From: Phallusia mammillata
Lineage: Eukaryota
DNA: 64,000 nucleotides
NCBI GenBank assembly: GCA_965637545.1
Contig: OZ281500.1
Location: forward strand, 12,276,001-12,340,000
Direction: 5' to 3'
The translations under genes were made by a program, and so were the position numbers. The notes under the pieces were generated by a model. It was given only the letters and a program-made list of their open reading frames with translations, searched no databases and had not been told where the DNA came from. Shown piece by piece: positions 36,901-50,145 of this stretch. Positions within the stretch are counted from its first letter, which is position 1. Every line of letters begins with the position of its first letter.

Positions 36901-39900
36901 ATGTTTTTTTGTACAGATTTATTTTTGTTTTTTTATCATCGACGTAGTTGAAAAATCGTTATTTTATTTTCGTGCAGGAAAGCTCGACAGCGTTTTGGCG
37001 CTTGAAGAAATTTCGGACGTTTCCGATCCTGATGACAATAAACACACTGCCACGTTACGACGCAGACCAGTCAGTCGACGAGTCAGGACTCAGGAATTAC
37101 AGGTAAATTTACTAAATTCAAATATCATATTGACTCTTTATCCCCTAGCGACGTTGTAAGTGTAACCATTCTTTTTGATAAATCATTTTCCTCTGTGTGG
37201 TCTTGTCTAAACTTCGGAGTTTGAATACAACCTTTCTGTAGCGCTTTTGCATTTTTGTCTTCGCAACTGTTTAATGTCCGAAGCCAATTTTTATGTATTA
37301 CTTCTATTGTTTTGGTTAAAAAAGTTATTGTTTTTGTTAGGAAATTTTCCGGCGACAAGAAATCTTGATCCGTGCTGGCAACCCTCCGCAAGCAGTCCGT
37401 CCCCGCGAATCCCAGTCACTCTCTGCTGCCACCTCGCAAAAACTTATTCGGGTTTTGCCGCCAAAATTACCAGCAGGACAGAATGCCGAATCAGGTAGGA
37501 CTGTTGCAACATATAGTCAAGAAAGGGATTTCTGCTTTCTAATAACATACGGTCAATTTTTAAAAATATGTTTGTAAGATATAGTATCCGATTGCGATAA
37601 AGTAGCACAGCTTTATGATTCTCTTGTTTTGTTCCTTTTCATTCGCATTGTTTATTGCAAGGTCCGTATTGTTTGTTTCGAAAACATTTCTTCTGTATGT
37701 CACATGATTTTGAAGTAAGCATGGTGCAATTTGTATGACGACCAGGAAGCAGGAAGTTTATGACTTTGGGGTAATAATGAAACAACAACAGCAAATGTTC
37801 TCTGATAGTACTACAAAATAATTCCAGGCTTATAGTACATCAATACATCATACCAAAAGCACTATGTCATTTTGTAACTGGTGTAAAACAGGCTGAGCGC
37901 CGTTTTGACGTCACCTTCTCGTTTGTCACGTGACGCGTTAGTCTGTCGTGCAGTTTGTGGCAGGAAATAATGTACGCTGCGATCAGTTGCATCACGAAGC
38001 GATCCGGGCTTTTTGAAGACAAGACGAGTCATTTCTTGTAATAGTCAGATAAGTAGAAGTCGCGTATGAGTTTGCTGCCTTGTCCTGTCCTCAAGCTGGA
38101 AACCTCAAGCTCAATGTTGTACGACCAATACGAAAATGTCACTTTTCCGGCGCAAGAAAAAAGAAAAACCTTTGTTCATGTTCGACGGACGTAAGTTGTG
38201 GGTTTCCTTGTGTGCTGACAGTTCCCTCAACTGGACGGTTTTTCATGCGCAGTTTGAGCTGATCGAGACAGACGTGTAAACTTTAATTGACGATTGCGAT
38301 GATGAAATGTCAGATTGGCTGAATTACTTGGTACAGTTGATTGTGCAGAATGTTGTTATAAGTCAGTTGAACAGTGAATCAGCCTTGAGATCATGCAGTT
38401 TGGCAACGATTGCTGTGGTACAAAAGACAAAATATATATCTAAAGCCATTAGGTCGCCTGTTTGATTGTATTTCAAAGTTGGTTTTGTTTAAGATATTGT
38501 TTTAGGGGCGTCAAATATTAATTGTTTTATTGGCTTCGTTAATTTGCTTATCGATATGGCCTTGTAAGTATTTTGGCCGGAAAGTCGTAACGCCCCATCT
38601 TATACGTGATCTTAGACATAAGCGCCAGTCTATACAATTCGAATAACAATAACCGCGCATATGAACTGACGTTGCGCTAAACAAAATCTAAATCTTTCGT
38701 AGGAACAAAGATTTGTTTATTTTTGAAAAATCTGTTGTTTATTTTATGTCCAGCCTGATTTAAGTCTGTTGTTTGGAATTTTCAGTCAATGTCAGAGCTT
38801 GCTTGAACACTTGGTTGGTTTGGTTTTTGGTATTTAACTTGTACTGCTGGGAAAGTTTAAGACACAATGCTATCCCGGAAACACAATCGTTCTGTAATGT
38901 TTCCTGTACTGCCGAGAGGTAATTTGGGTCTGGCCAGAAGTAATGACTAATCGTCCTATACTGAAATCCAAATTTTCGTATGAAACAACTTTTCCATCTT
39001 GACATTATATGTCAAATGCCTGGGGGCTTTTGTTTTGTAACATAAGACAACGTATACCGTGTGAAGATGTGTTATTTAACTTTGGAAAGAGAGGATGTAT
39101 ATAAAAGTTTTCATAGTGCATTTATTAACAACCAATGTGTCAAAGTTATATTGTTGTACACGTGAGGTCACTGAGTGTAAAGATTAATTAAAACCTGAGG
39201 GGAGAAGTTTTTTTTTATTGTGTTTGTTCATTTAGTTTAATCCAACTGGTAGTTGTTAAATATTACCAAAGAATAAGCATCAGTTTGAATAAGGTGTTGA
39301 TAGATGTTAGATACTTGTATTTTTCGTCGTTTTTAACAAAACAACGAACAGAAAGCTGGCCAATTTCAACGAAACAAATGCTTGCTGTGATAAATTGACA
39401 ATTTATTGACTGAAATGTCTCATTTTAGACGTGGTTGTCGAGGATATGTCACGCAACGGCTCAACGAGTCCTGTTCATCCGGCGACCGTTGCCTTACACC
39501 AACACAACCCTAAACCACATGTTGCCAGCACATTTGGTCACAACAAGTACATGGATAACAATCATACAGAACACACCAATTCACAACCGCGAACAATTGG
39601 GCCGAGTCATTCGCTAAATCGGCAAACTTCAACTCCTGTGTTGTCAGGTAAGCACAAGCCGCAGTTTCCTATGAAAAGATACGTTAGTTTTTCGTTAAAT
39701 GTCAGCATATTTCTGTGCAGTTACGTTACATGTTGACGCAACACTATGGGTTAACAGAGTTTGCATGTCCAGCATAATCTTGCAAGAATAAAACCTTTAA
39801 GTTTAAGCTAAATTTGTCAGAGTTTACTAAAAACAGACATCAAGTATGTTAACAGACATCAAGTATGTTTTTGCCAACTCTATGGAATAAATTAAACGCT

Positions 39901-42667
39901 GACTTCTGTTTCCTACATAAGTTGCACTTGTTTTATGTCAAAAAAACATTTATTAAAGTGACTTCACGGAAACCCCCTCCCGCACCCCCTCAGCGGAGGA
40001 ATAGCAAGTTAACAGGAAGCATTAGGGAGGATCCCACCCAAAAAAGTGGAACAAGTGCGCCCCCTGTTTCAGGGACTTCCTTTGCGCGAACCCCATCTCC
40101 GTCACCCACAACAACTCACCCACAATCATTCGGAAGGTGAAAGATTTTTCTTTTTTAATTTACTGTGGACTTGAGACTTGCCCATTATTGTATTACGTAT
40201 TTTTTTCTTGAAAAATATATACTTCTTAAAATACAACATCGCTTTTACACTAGCTGGTTTTACTAAAAACATGTTCAACTATTTTCCTAAAGTATCAAGA
40301 AATCGACTAAATACAATCACTTTTGACAAACAAGAGATTAACTTTTACGAAATTAACTAAATATTGTACAACTGCAGTAAAATATTGTCCTTTAAAGTTC
40401 GAGTTTGCTAAACCTTTTTGTCATTTTGTTTAGTGTTCGGACAACCCCTGTCATCAAACAACCTTTGCGCCCCGAGATGTCCGGTTTCGCAGCTGCAATC
40501 GCCGCCGCTGCCCAAAGAAGAACCAGCGATTCTTCGCAGGATGGGGGAATACCCACAGCGACCACACCCACGGGTCACAAAGGACCAAGTGTTGCTCCGA
40601 AACCTAAACCTGAGCGAAAACCGGAAGTTACTCAGCCCAAAGTTAACAAGGTTTGTGCTTATGCTCAGTTTGTCATACGTAGCTTATGTAGTTTTATTTG
40701 GAGAAGTTCAATTTAAGTCGATACATGTAGGTTGGTTCTTGGGAATAGTAACTTAAGTGTTTGACGGCGAATAAATGTATTGTACTTTTTTGTTACAAGT
40801 CTTCATGTAGTTTCGCCGATTATTGTTTTATCGTGTAATGAGTTGCCGTTCTAAACCCCCAACGTAGCGCGCTGCGTTACTTAATAATTGCGTAACATAC
40901 ATATTTTTACCTTTATTTAAATATTTGCAGACTGTTGAGCAACAACCACCTCCAGTATCAAGCAGTCCTTCACCTGCTCTTGCGCTCGCTCTAGCGGCCA
41001 AGAAGGCTACTGCGCAGCAAACATCTGCCGCCTCTAGTGGTGGAAAGGTTGAAAGCACTAATCTTGTGAAACCTTCGTCATTTAACAACGCACTTCGTAG
41101 AGCATCAGGAGAAGAGAAACGTTCTGAAGCTCTCCAGAGATCAGGGTAAAACAAAAAATATATGTCACTTGGCAATATTAGTCACACAATCAACCTGGGT
41201 TAGCGTTGCTAATTGCAGCCGCTGTTGTGTAAATTAATAATTATGCTTTTAGGAAAGTTTTACTAAAAAAGGCAGCCAATTGGGTATTTTTTTAATGTAG
41301 AATAAGTCTTAGTATCTTTGTTTTACCACCTTGACATTAAACATATATTCATTTCACCAGAACACCTGTTACACTTCCTCCGCCACCACCAACGCCACCT
41401 AGTGACACGGGTGGCAAATCTCCCAACTACATTCTTCCCCCACCTCCAACCTACGAACATCACGACACACCAAATAGTTCCAACTATGATCAAATGCTTT
41501 CACTCCCTCCTCCTCCAGATGCGATGCTGAACTCTCCCTCTCCTTCAGACATCCCACCACCATCTGCATTTACAGGTTGGCGTTATTTAGTTAGAAATTT
41601 GTACTTATGTCCAATTAAAGCTTTCTCGCGAATTGCTGTTGGTTGCAATGTATTTTACCTAGTGGTCAAATTTTAAACCATTTTCTTACATTTTAGGTTC
41701 CTTGCCACCGCCGTCAGCTCCTTCCAAGTTTAAAGGTAACATTTCCCTGTTTTTACTTTGTTTTAAAAAAGCTCTTTGGGCCTTTTTTCGGTAACAAACA
41801 ATATGTCAATGTTATTTTTTGAACTAAAAGTTGCCTCTTTTAAAAGACAATAGTTGTTATTTTGTCCAACACAGTTTTAATCGTTTGGAACCATGATAAC
41901 CGAACATTTATCCATCTTATTCAAAAACCTTTTTTCTGCAAACAGATCAATCAAATCATTCTGCAATTTCATCGGAAGGTTACACGAACACATCAGTTAA
42001 CGGTGTCGACAGCGTCAGTAATGCTGATTCGGGTGTGGATGACATTGGACCGGCTCGTCACATGCACAACGATGGTAAAACCAATATTGAAACAATTTCG
42101 GTCGTTTCAAGTCACTCCACTATTTCGTCAGAAGACGGATCTGACGTGGGAGTTTCGCTTTGCTACGATTCAAAACCAAACACAGAATCGAACGGAACAT
42201 CGGGAAACATGTACCTCGACGTGCTACGTAAAAACAAACATTCCAGTGAAGCGCCGTCGAAGACAGTTGCTGGTTTGACCAAGGTGCAATTCGGGGGATT
42301 ACCCACACCTGCGACTCATCCGAAACCAGCGAAACCCGCTGTAGAAAAAACTCCGCCGCAAAACGAAGTCAGTCAAAGTGAACCGGCCAAAGTTACGCCC
42401 GCTGCGCCTCCAGTGGCGGTCTCTGAAGCCAAACCCGCAGCGAAACCCAGTTACGAAGGCAAGTCGGTGACATCATGGACGGTTGATGAGGTCAGCGCGT
42501 GGCTGCAGGACCTCGGTCTTGGTCAATACGTAGACGCGTTTGCCGAAAATGAAATCGACGGAAGTCATTTGCCGGAGCTGGGAAAAGACGAGTTGCAAGA
42601 ACTTGGTATTAAGCGCATGGGACATCGGCTCAGTATCGAGCGATCGCTTAAGAAATTAGGCCAGTAA
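12955..42667 (+). CDS. SHANK: SH3 and multiple ankyrin repeat domains scaffold protein (Shank/ProSAP orthologue), 30 coding exons
   Basis: Phase-consistent exons: 12955-13121, 13711-13875, 14206-14374, 14454-14561, 15179-15250, 15381-15494, 19177-19366, 19723-19901, 20493-20660, 21660-21881, 22354-22426, 22762-22880, 22999-23075, 24681-24805, 25529-25657, 29660-29785, 30357-30408, 30963-31138, 31776-31900, 32889-33015, 35816-35980, 36978-37102, 37341-37494, 39429-39647, 39959-40136, 40434-40650, 40931-41145, 41361-41575, 41697-41735, 41946-42667. SPN domain (KCLRVD..WTAKQRII..NYGLY..LRYKRRV), about six ankyrin repeats, SH3, PDZ (GYGFVLRGAK..PEYPALQYLESV), Homer-type PPSAF, ISVVSSHSTISSE motif, C-terminal SAM. 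Start codon and linker exons are less certain than domain exons. Confidence 0.93.
18950..19140. mobile_element. Short hairpin element with inverted minimal hammerhead-ribozyme motifs (Penelope-like pLTR remnant), copy 1
   Basis: Inverted arms 19008-19054 / 19089-19134; + arm CTGATGA-C-GACAA-tagcac-TTGTC-GAAAC-GTC, - arm CTGATGA-T-GACAA-cagcac-TTGTC-GAAAC-GTC; head GGTACACAATTCACGGTTTT; 9-bp flanking direct repeat AAATTGTTA. Confidence 0.7.
20021..20440. mobile_element. hAT-type MITE in SHANK intron
   Basis: TIRs CAGTGTGGTCCAACT / AGTTGGACCACGCTG; 8-bp TSD TCCTATGT / TCCTATAT. Confidence 0.85.
32156..32592. mobile_element. hAT-type MITE in SHANK intron
   Basis: TIRs CAGTGGTTCTCAACC / GGTTGAGAACCACTG; perfect 8-bp TSD GCCTAGAA. 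Confidence 0.9.
34799..34867. repeat. 34-bp tandem duplication
   Basis: GCTACTGTGTGGCCCCAAACT(A/G)TATCTTAAAAAT twice. Confidence 0.85.
37900..37935 (+). promoter_or_regulatory. Candidate internal SHANK promoter motifs (CRE plus extended E-box)
   Basis: TGACGTCA at 37906-37913 and GTCACGTGAC at 37925-37934, ~200 bp upstream of a candidate first exon. Function is inferred. Confidence 0.35.
38136..38190 (+). CDS. SHANK: Candidate alternative first coding exon of SHANK (MSLFRRKKKEKPLFMFDG)
   Basis: ATG-initiated 55-nt frame ending at a consensus GTAAGT donor in phase 1, matching the phase-1 acceptor of exon 39429. Confidence 0.5.
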
Positions 42668-44003
42668 CTTTTTGCGTTTTTTTATCACGCCCCTTCCGAC
42701 CAAACACGGTTTGTATATTGTTGTAATAAATTGCGCTTAGAATACGTGAAATATTTCTACTTGTACTTGTCTGTTCTTGAAGGCTTCCACATTTTCTCCA
42801 GTGTCTTTTACGCGACCTATCGCCCCCTGCGGGCAGAACTGAACCACCACAAGAGTTATAGAATTGTTTTGTATTTTAACTTGCAGTCAAGTATTTTTTC
42901 CCGTGGCGGTTTATATAAGCGAGTCAATTATGCAAACACAACACTCGCCTTTTCAGTATTCGTATTGACTCAAAACCTTTTTGTCCTGATTTTGACCGAA
43001 ACTTTTCCTACATTTCTGTGGTGATTTGAACTATTTGTCCATGTTCCTTGGTGTGTTGGACAAAAACTTGCTTATTTACACAAACGGTTTTGCTATTTAA
43101 ACTAAATGTATATCACTGAACTGTACAATCGTAAAAATCACGTATTTATTCATGTGGAATGAATTATCTTCTGTAGATTAATTTATTGGACTAGAAATTT
43201 GGGTTAAAAAATTTTCATTTACTGATTTCAAAGTACAAATCTAAAATTGTTTTACAGTCCTTAAATGTGATCTTAATCGTGTCACTTATCATCAGACAAT
43301 TAAAAAGTATTTCGTGTTATGACACAAGTTCGAAATGTTCGAGGCAAGAAGATCTTTGTCCTGGCAGTGCTGCTTCTCCACTTTGTTCCAATGCAGTGTC
43401 AATCAAAAATGTAACTCGGGTGGCTTGCTGAAGCGAGCTGCTGTAATAACCACTTGTGCATGGGCCGGTGTGCTTGGGTACAGCAATGTTTTTCACTTTT
43501 CTTTGTCACAACCCCTCAAATTGATTGGGATTGGCGCGTATATGTTTACATTTTCACCGCCTTTGCCTGTGAATTTTCTACTTCCGTTGAAACACTCGCA
43601 TTGAGACTTTTTTTGGAAATAAAGCATCGCGCGTGCAAACTTGTATATTTGGTTTTTCCTTTTTGATTTCAGTTCAACGTGAGTTTTAAATTTGATTTAC
43701 TCGCAAATAAGGGTGTAACTGCAGCCGTAATAATTTTCGGACAACTGTTGCGCCTTCATTCCAAAGGACATACAATAGGTTACTACTTTTTTCAAAAAAA
43801 AAATCAAAAGTTTCAAAATTCGGCATAAATAAAAAGAAATAACAATGATAAATAAAAAACAAATGCGTAAAATGCAAACTAAAAGTAAGTCAGTTGACAA
43901 GCGAAAACATGGCATCGGGGCAGCGGTTAGGATGAATAACGTTTCATACCATGTTGTATGGAGACCAGCTTAGCCTTACAATAATAAAAAAGTACGCAGA
44001 ATA

Positions 44004-47000
44004 TCAGGATATACTAGCTTCCCTTAGAGGAAATTCTTCAGAGATATCCGAAATTTTGTGAACAAATGTTTCAGGTTTTGCCGCAAATGCAACAGTCGTA
44101 TCAGCCTCAACTTCATCTGGGGAACATACTTGAAATCGAATACGACGTTTTCTGACGTGAATATATACACAAGCCACGCCACTGTTCAGTGAAAAAAGGG
44201 CAACCACCACTCCTTGATACACAACATCACTAACAGCATTGGGCCACATCAGTTTTACAAAGTACATCACAATAATTGGAGTCCAAGTTAGAATTTCAGC
44301 TACCGAAAAGTGGGCGATGGAGGATAAAGTAGTTGACGCTTGTGAAAGGTTGAATTCGTTTTCGTCACTTCGTTTTGGAATAACCAACGCATAGACGATT
44401 CGTGCTGTGACGTAGAGCGATAGCACGCACGTGATCACCACGAAACAAAACGAGAACATGCTCCAAGTGCTTTGGTTGAATGTGGGTCGAGCGAAGAACA
44501 TGGGCAGACAAAATTCACTTAGCGAATAATAACCAAACTCGCCGATAATTGAAAACCCTAATGACGGTGCCTTATCGGATATGACGTCAGCGAACTTGGA
44601 CCACGTAAAAAGAGAAAGTTCAGTGGGGGTTATATTGCCGCTCATGGTGATTACCCGCTCAGAAAAGATGCGAGCGCTTGTTTGATCGATGATGTTTCCA
44701 AACAAATTATCAGCCAACGCATTAGTTTTCACCCACGCATGTGACTCACCACGCGAGGTCACTGTAACAGCGATGAAAGCCAGCGGTGCCCAGCATAAAA
44801 TCCACATCAGTAAGGTAAGCAGGCAACTGGCAGTTTTGCTTACAAATCGAACTGACGGTGATTTACTCATTGACTTCCGAGTTGCAATTTCGCGTCGACA
44901 TGATATCATAGATGCGAAGCAAGTCAAAATAATCCATGGTAAAGTGACTGAGATGAGCGTCATAATACCACTGATCTGACATGGACTGCTGATCCGCCAT
45001 TCGAGGTTTTCTAGGCAGCTTTGTGTTTGAGTTTTTGAACTGCGCAAGAGTGTGTATGCGAAACACGCGCACAACATCATTTTTGCCGTTGCGATACTGG
45101 TGAACATGACGCTTTCGCGAAGGAACGTCACCAAACACGACCTCTCCCTTCTCAGTATGTAAAGTGAGTTTATGAGTGCCACCGTCAAGCCGTATAAGTT
45201 TCCAACCACTGCACACGCCGACAGGACGAGAATTCCGTACTGGAAACACAAACAAATAGGCTACCATGAGTCATGTGTAATTCAATTACAAGCATTTTTT
45301 TCAAGTTTTGTAATAATTGCAACACAGGACCACCCAAATGTGTGGCCTTGTACAAACATGCGTCACTGCAGTTGGTTTTCTTATACCAACATACTTTAAG
45401 TTTTGTTTAGTATATACACACCCATGTCATATGAGTTTTTGTTAAATGTCGCATGCACTTTGTAAGTGAATAGGATTTAGTTGTCCCACCTGCAGGATAA
45501 CATTGTCGCTTGGTTCATTCTCCACGTTTAGATGCCACTTGAAAGACGGATCGTCCGAACCATAAAAGTCCTGGAAAGTTGGACAGTCGCTACTTTTCTC
45601 TTCGCACGGTTTGTCGCCTTTTACGTCACAGGGAGTGTCACGCTTGACGCCACACACACTCGGCAGCTCGTCGGCTTTATTTTGACAATCAGCGTGGCCG
45701 TCGCAAAGTTGAAGGATATCAAATGTATGCATGTGACTTGAAATGTCAGTTGATCCTTCACTGTCATCTAATAAAAGTTTTTTTAATTAAGGATCTGTTT
45801 TTTTAAATGGTTATAATATTTGGAAGTGAAGGATTCAAACCAAACTCAAGTCGAACATAACGTCGTCTAACGGTGCTTATTATTGTGACCAAAACCTGAC
45901 TTTCTTGACCACAGGAGCCTTGTTTTGGTCTTTTTGTCAAAAAATGTCTGCGGCAAGGTCAGCTTTTGGCAAAACCGTGGGGTTGAAACTTGTTTGTTTT
46001 AAGGTAATTGGTTGTGAAAGTTGTTTGCTCGCTGAACGAGATATATTGGATTTTACTGTATTCGCACGCACAGGAACGTGAAAATCAACCTGTGGTGGCC
46101 GCTGTGCAAACACACTACATTCTTAGTTGGGTTTCGGTCGAATCCAGAAACGTATGTACTTACCTAACAAACAAGGAAGCCTCGTCGGACAATACATCTC
46201 GTCAGTAGAGTTTGCGCATTGTGGTTCACCGTCACACGGTCGAACAGTCGTTCGATCACCTAAAACTCCGTCTGCACTCTATCAAAAAGAGGAAGTTGCT
46301 TATAAGCACATAAAGCCCAAACAACCCCGCGAAGACTTTTCTGTGGATTAATTGTTTGTAGCGCGCCTGCCTGTTCAATGCCAAAATCAACACGTAAACA
46401 GGATATCATTTTAACCGCGTTTAAGGCAACCATGCCAGCCTCTAGTCTATGCAAAGTTACAATCAACGAACAAGTTGCCAGCACCGGTTGCCATCCTTAT
46501 TTCTGAAAGACAAATTATGTAAAGAGATAAAAAGGTGTTAGTTTGCCGTTTTGCGCGACAGTGCTTTGTTTTAACGTGTGAAAAGATGCATGAACACTTG
46601 TAGTTTATAAATTACTCATTGTCAGGCACTGAAATCATAACTGCGTTTTATTCGATTTATAGAACTTGAGGTGACTTGAAAGAAATTGATCATACTTACT
46701 TGATTGCCACAGCGAAACCCATAATCTGGCACCAGAAGTTGACAAAATAAATTGTTTGTGGCGTTGCAAGCAGGTACACATTCGTCCTCCCCGAAAAAAC
46801 ATTCTGGTCTTGCGTCACACATTCGAGCATTGATTGTTCGGAACGAACCGTCAAGACTCAAACACTTGACGAATGCATCGGGTGGCTGCAAAACAATGCT
46901 TTCATTTCACCAGAAAGTCGATGAGCCGGGTCTGATGCCTTGTATCAAGTTTAGGAAACACGCTGGTGTTCGCACGGTAAACTCTATCCACAATCCGGAA

Positions 47001-50000
47001 AAGAACAAAATTCTTACAACTGCAGGTGAATCTGATTTGTGATTAATCATCAATAGTTAGTCATTACGCTATTTATAAGGTATTTCCCTTCCCTAAAGTA
47101 ACTTAAGAAGGCAAGCGGTTATTGGATCTGTTACTAGTGCTATGACCTCATATTTTAAATTTGGAAACTATGACCACATGCTTACAAGTGTACAGAAAAA
47201 CAAAAGCAACGTCATTCATCAAAGACCTGCGGTAACTTTGGTCAGAGACGTCACCTCACAATCATAAATAATTTATGGCGACATAGGGGATTGCGTGGTT
47301 TCCTCTTGGGTAACACTTTCCCTTCATTTACTTTCCTTTACGTTTGCCAGGTGTAATCTGGCTGTTTGGACGGCGTCAGTTTGATTTATAGTGCGGAAAA
47401 TACACCTGGTTACGATTTTTCGCCTATACCCTTTCATTCGTGAGTTAAAGCAGGCTTTTGTTTTCCAACGCTTCTGTAGTCTATGATAACACTTCCCTAA
47501 TCAAATAGGTCGTCACCCATAATGCGAAACACATTTGTAATGCAGACCTACCTCGGATTTCGGCTCACAAACGTCGCGGTGGTCTTTCACTCCGGTTAAG
47601 CACACATCGACCGGCTTGACACATGTCAAATTCTGTTCCGTGTCGCTGCCAGCAAATGTATCCTGGTCAATTCCCAGGAGAGAAAGTGTTTCTCCAATGT
47701 CGCATTGCTTACAAGATCGACCGCTTGCGCCCGAGTCTTTCCATATTTGGTTCCAGCAGAAACTTTCGCACAGTTTGTTTACAGCCGGGGATCCTGGATG
47801 ACGACATAAGCACTCGTCCGACATATCTGGACAGTCGATGATGTCATCGCACACCTGCAACAAATAATCGGGGCGTTTAAAAACGTGTGTGGACAAAAGT
47901 TATTGAATGCAAATTGGAGGAAACAGCTTTGGCGCAGAGATACTATACAATTACTATTTGGATAAAGCGCACTGGGTTTTGCATTCCATACGTGGCTTCC
48001 ATCCCTAAATTACAATACCAAGGACTCAGACTGAAATTTATGTTTAATTATAGGCCGATTTGGAAGTTAGACGGTGAAATCTGTTAAATTTAATTGAGCT
48101 GCTGTGGTATAACTATACAATCGAAGCAATTATGTGGTTTTATGTTGAATTTATCTAAATATTATGTCTGGGCAATCTTCACAATCGATCCATTGCAAAA
48201 CATAAATTGTCATAAATTGACTTTGATGTCTATAATATACATGACACAGTTGCCTCACGAGGATCAGTTAACCTAACTATACAAAACAATTGTATCACGA
48301 GGTTGTTATTGTGTATTAGCTCGACTGACGATTTAAAAAAAACATTTGTTTGTTTGTTTGTTTGTTTGTTTGTTTGTTTGATATGCATATAATCTACATA
48401 GGAAGTGAAGAAAAACCTGGTGTTGAAAGACGGTAGTTGTGCCACCCAAACACCGAAAGAATTTCCTCTGCGTGTTGCCTGCGGCTTTGAAATCAGTGAC
48501 CGGTGTTGTTGGATTAGGCAGTTCGCTGCATGAATCAGATCGGTCCTCGCAGTCCTGGTAATCGTCACAAACCATGTCTTCCGGTAACAGACAAGTTCGA
48601 AATTGATCCTTGACTGCACACTTGAACCCCGGCCCTGTCTGGATTTCATCAGCCCCGTTAAGACAATCTGGTTGGCCATCACAGAACTGGAAGCGAGGAA
48701 TACACATTGGGTTGAAATCACTGTAGAAGAACGGCACAGTGGAAGGTGGATTACCTGCAGAAAACAAAAATAATGAAGTTGTGTATGTTTTTCTACACAT
48801 TTAAACCAATACAAGAATTTAACTATATTTGAATGGGTATCGTTTCATTAGCATAAAGGGGAAGTTTCAATTATGCTGAAGTTGGTGAACTATTTCAACA
48901 GTGGGTCACTATGAGGCTATTTATTATATCGTTTTACTGCTTATGAAATTCAATAGTGAGTAATTCCACGTGAGTGCGTGTGATGTACGTTCACGGGATT
49001 TCCGCCCATTCAAACCTTTGCCGTAGCAGTAAAAGAAATTCCTTGAAGTGCTCGTGCAGTTTTGCTCGTCTGAACAGTCATGACAATCACGAATTCCATT
49101 GCAAACTTTGTCTTTGCTGATTGTTTTACGGTTGGTATCGCACGAAAACCATCCCGACTTGAAGATGCTGTTTTTAAACTTCTTGTTCAGCTTGTCTTCA
49201 TATATGGCTGCAGCACATATAGATTGTAAGCTATAAGACTGCAATTTTACTTAATTCTTTTGTGCAAAACATTTGTACAATTAGTTTGCACTCATGGCCA
49301 CAATAGTGTTGATCGAAACTCTTGGGCCCTAAAAATAAGTCAGGTGTACCAGAGACCTTTCAAGGAAGTGAATGTTGCATAATGTTATGACGACACTAAA
49401 ATGTATGCAACAAAGTTTTCACGTTTTGCCACCCGTAAAAATAACGTGCCGCAGATTGAATAGTATCGTATAAATTATGACTATTTTATTGAAGGTAGAT
49501 CTAAATGAAAACCATTCTTAGGCTTGTTGGCTGTTATTCAACACTTTCTACAGGTCATATTAATAGGCGACGGTCCTAAGTTCCCTGGTGAAAACAAGAG
49601 TACATGCGTGTTATGTATAAACCGTAATACACAGGCCAGCCATAAGGCATTTCACTTTAGCTTATCCGCTTCTGACTTCTATTGTATGAGGCTTAAGAAC
49701 ACTTTAACCGGTGGCCATACTATACCCACTTGGATCGTAGTCGACAGGTGTGTACTCAAAGACGTATTCGTCATCTTCGTCGTCCGTGTTTTCGCCACTA
49801 AAATCTCCACTACCAGTTTCTGTAGTAGTTGTATTTACGTTGTAATCGTAACTGTCATAACCGTATGCAGATGTAGTTGTGTTTTCACTGAAGCCTGAAA
49901 TCGAAAAAAATAAAGCATCGTCACATAAAGGCGATTCTTATTATACACACCAATCTTATTTTGCACAAAAGTCAGACATTAGGTCCGAAAATAACAAGCA

Positions 50001-50145
50001 GAAGGTATTTAAACAAACAGCAATTGCAAGAATAGGCACGCAACTGAAATACTTTCACATGCTTACCTGCTGCTAAAAGTGCATTTGTTGCAATGACCAG
50101 TATTGTTACAACTGCTACAATGCCAAATCGCTTTGACACGTTCAT
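44004..50145 (-). CDS. LDL-receptor class A repeat-containing rhodopsin-like 7TM receptor (RXFP/GRL101-like TM domain, no LRR), about 963 aa
   Basis: Phase-consistent exons 50145-50067 (signal peptide MNVSKRFGIVAVVTILVIATNALLAA), 49894-49730, 49207-49016, 48754-48417, 47854-47552, 46885-46700, 46278-46164, 45767-45490, 45239-44004. About seven LDLa-like modules (C..D...DC.D.SDE); last exon has seven hydrophobic segments with LGR-like GN in TM1, FGYYS...CLP in ECL2 and EILTWTPI in TM6. Confidence 0.8.
48345..48380. repeat. (TTTG)9 microsatellite in receptor intron
   Basis: Directly visible. Confidence 0.95.

Noticed and set aside
46886-47040. In-frame TGA (STFW*NESIVLQPPDAF) upstream of an LDLa exon, tempting as selenocysteine given the neighbouring SEPSECS
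   Set aside because: A good donor (GAG|GTAGGT, 47552) and acceptor (TTTTGCAG|, 46885) splice it out in phase 0, so the TGA is intronic. I saw no convincing SECIS in the proximal 3' region, checked by eye only.
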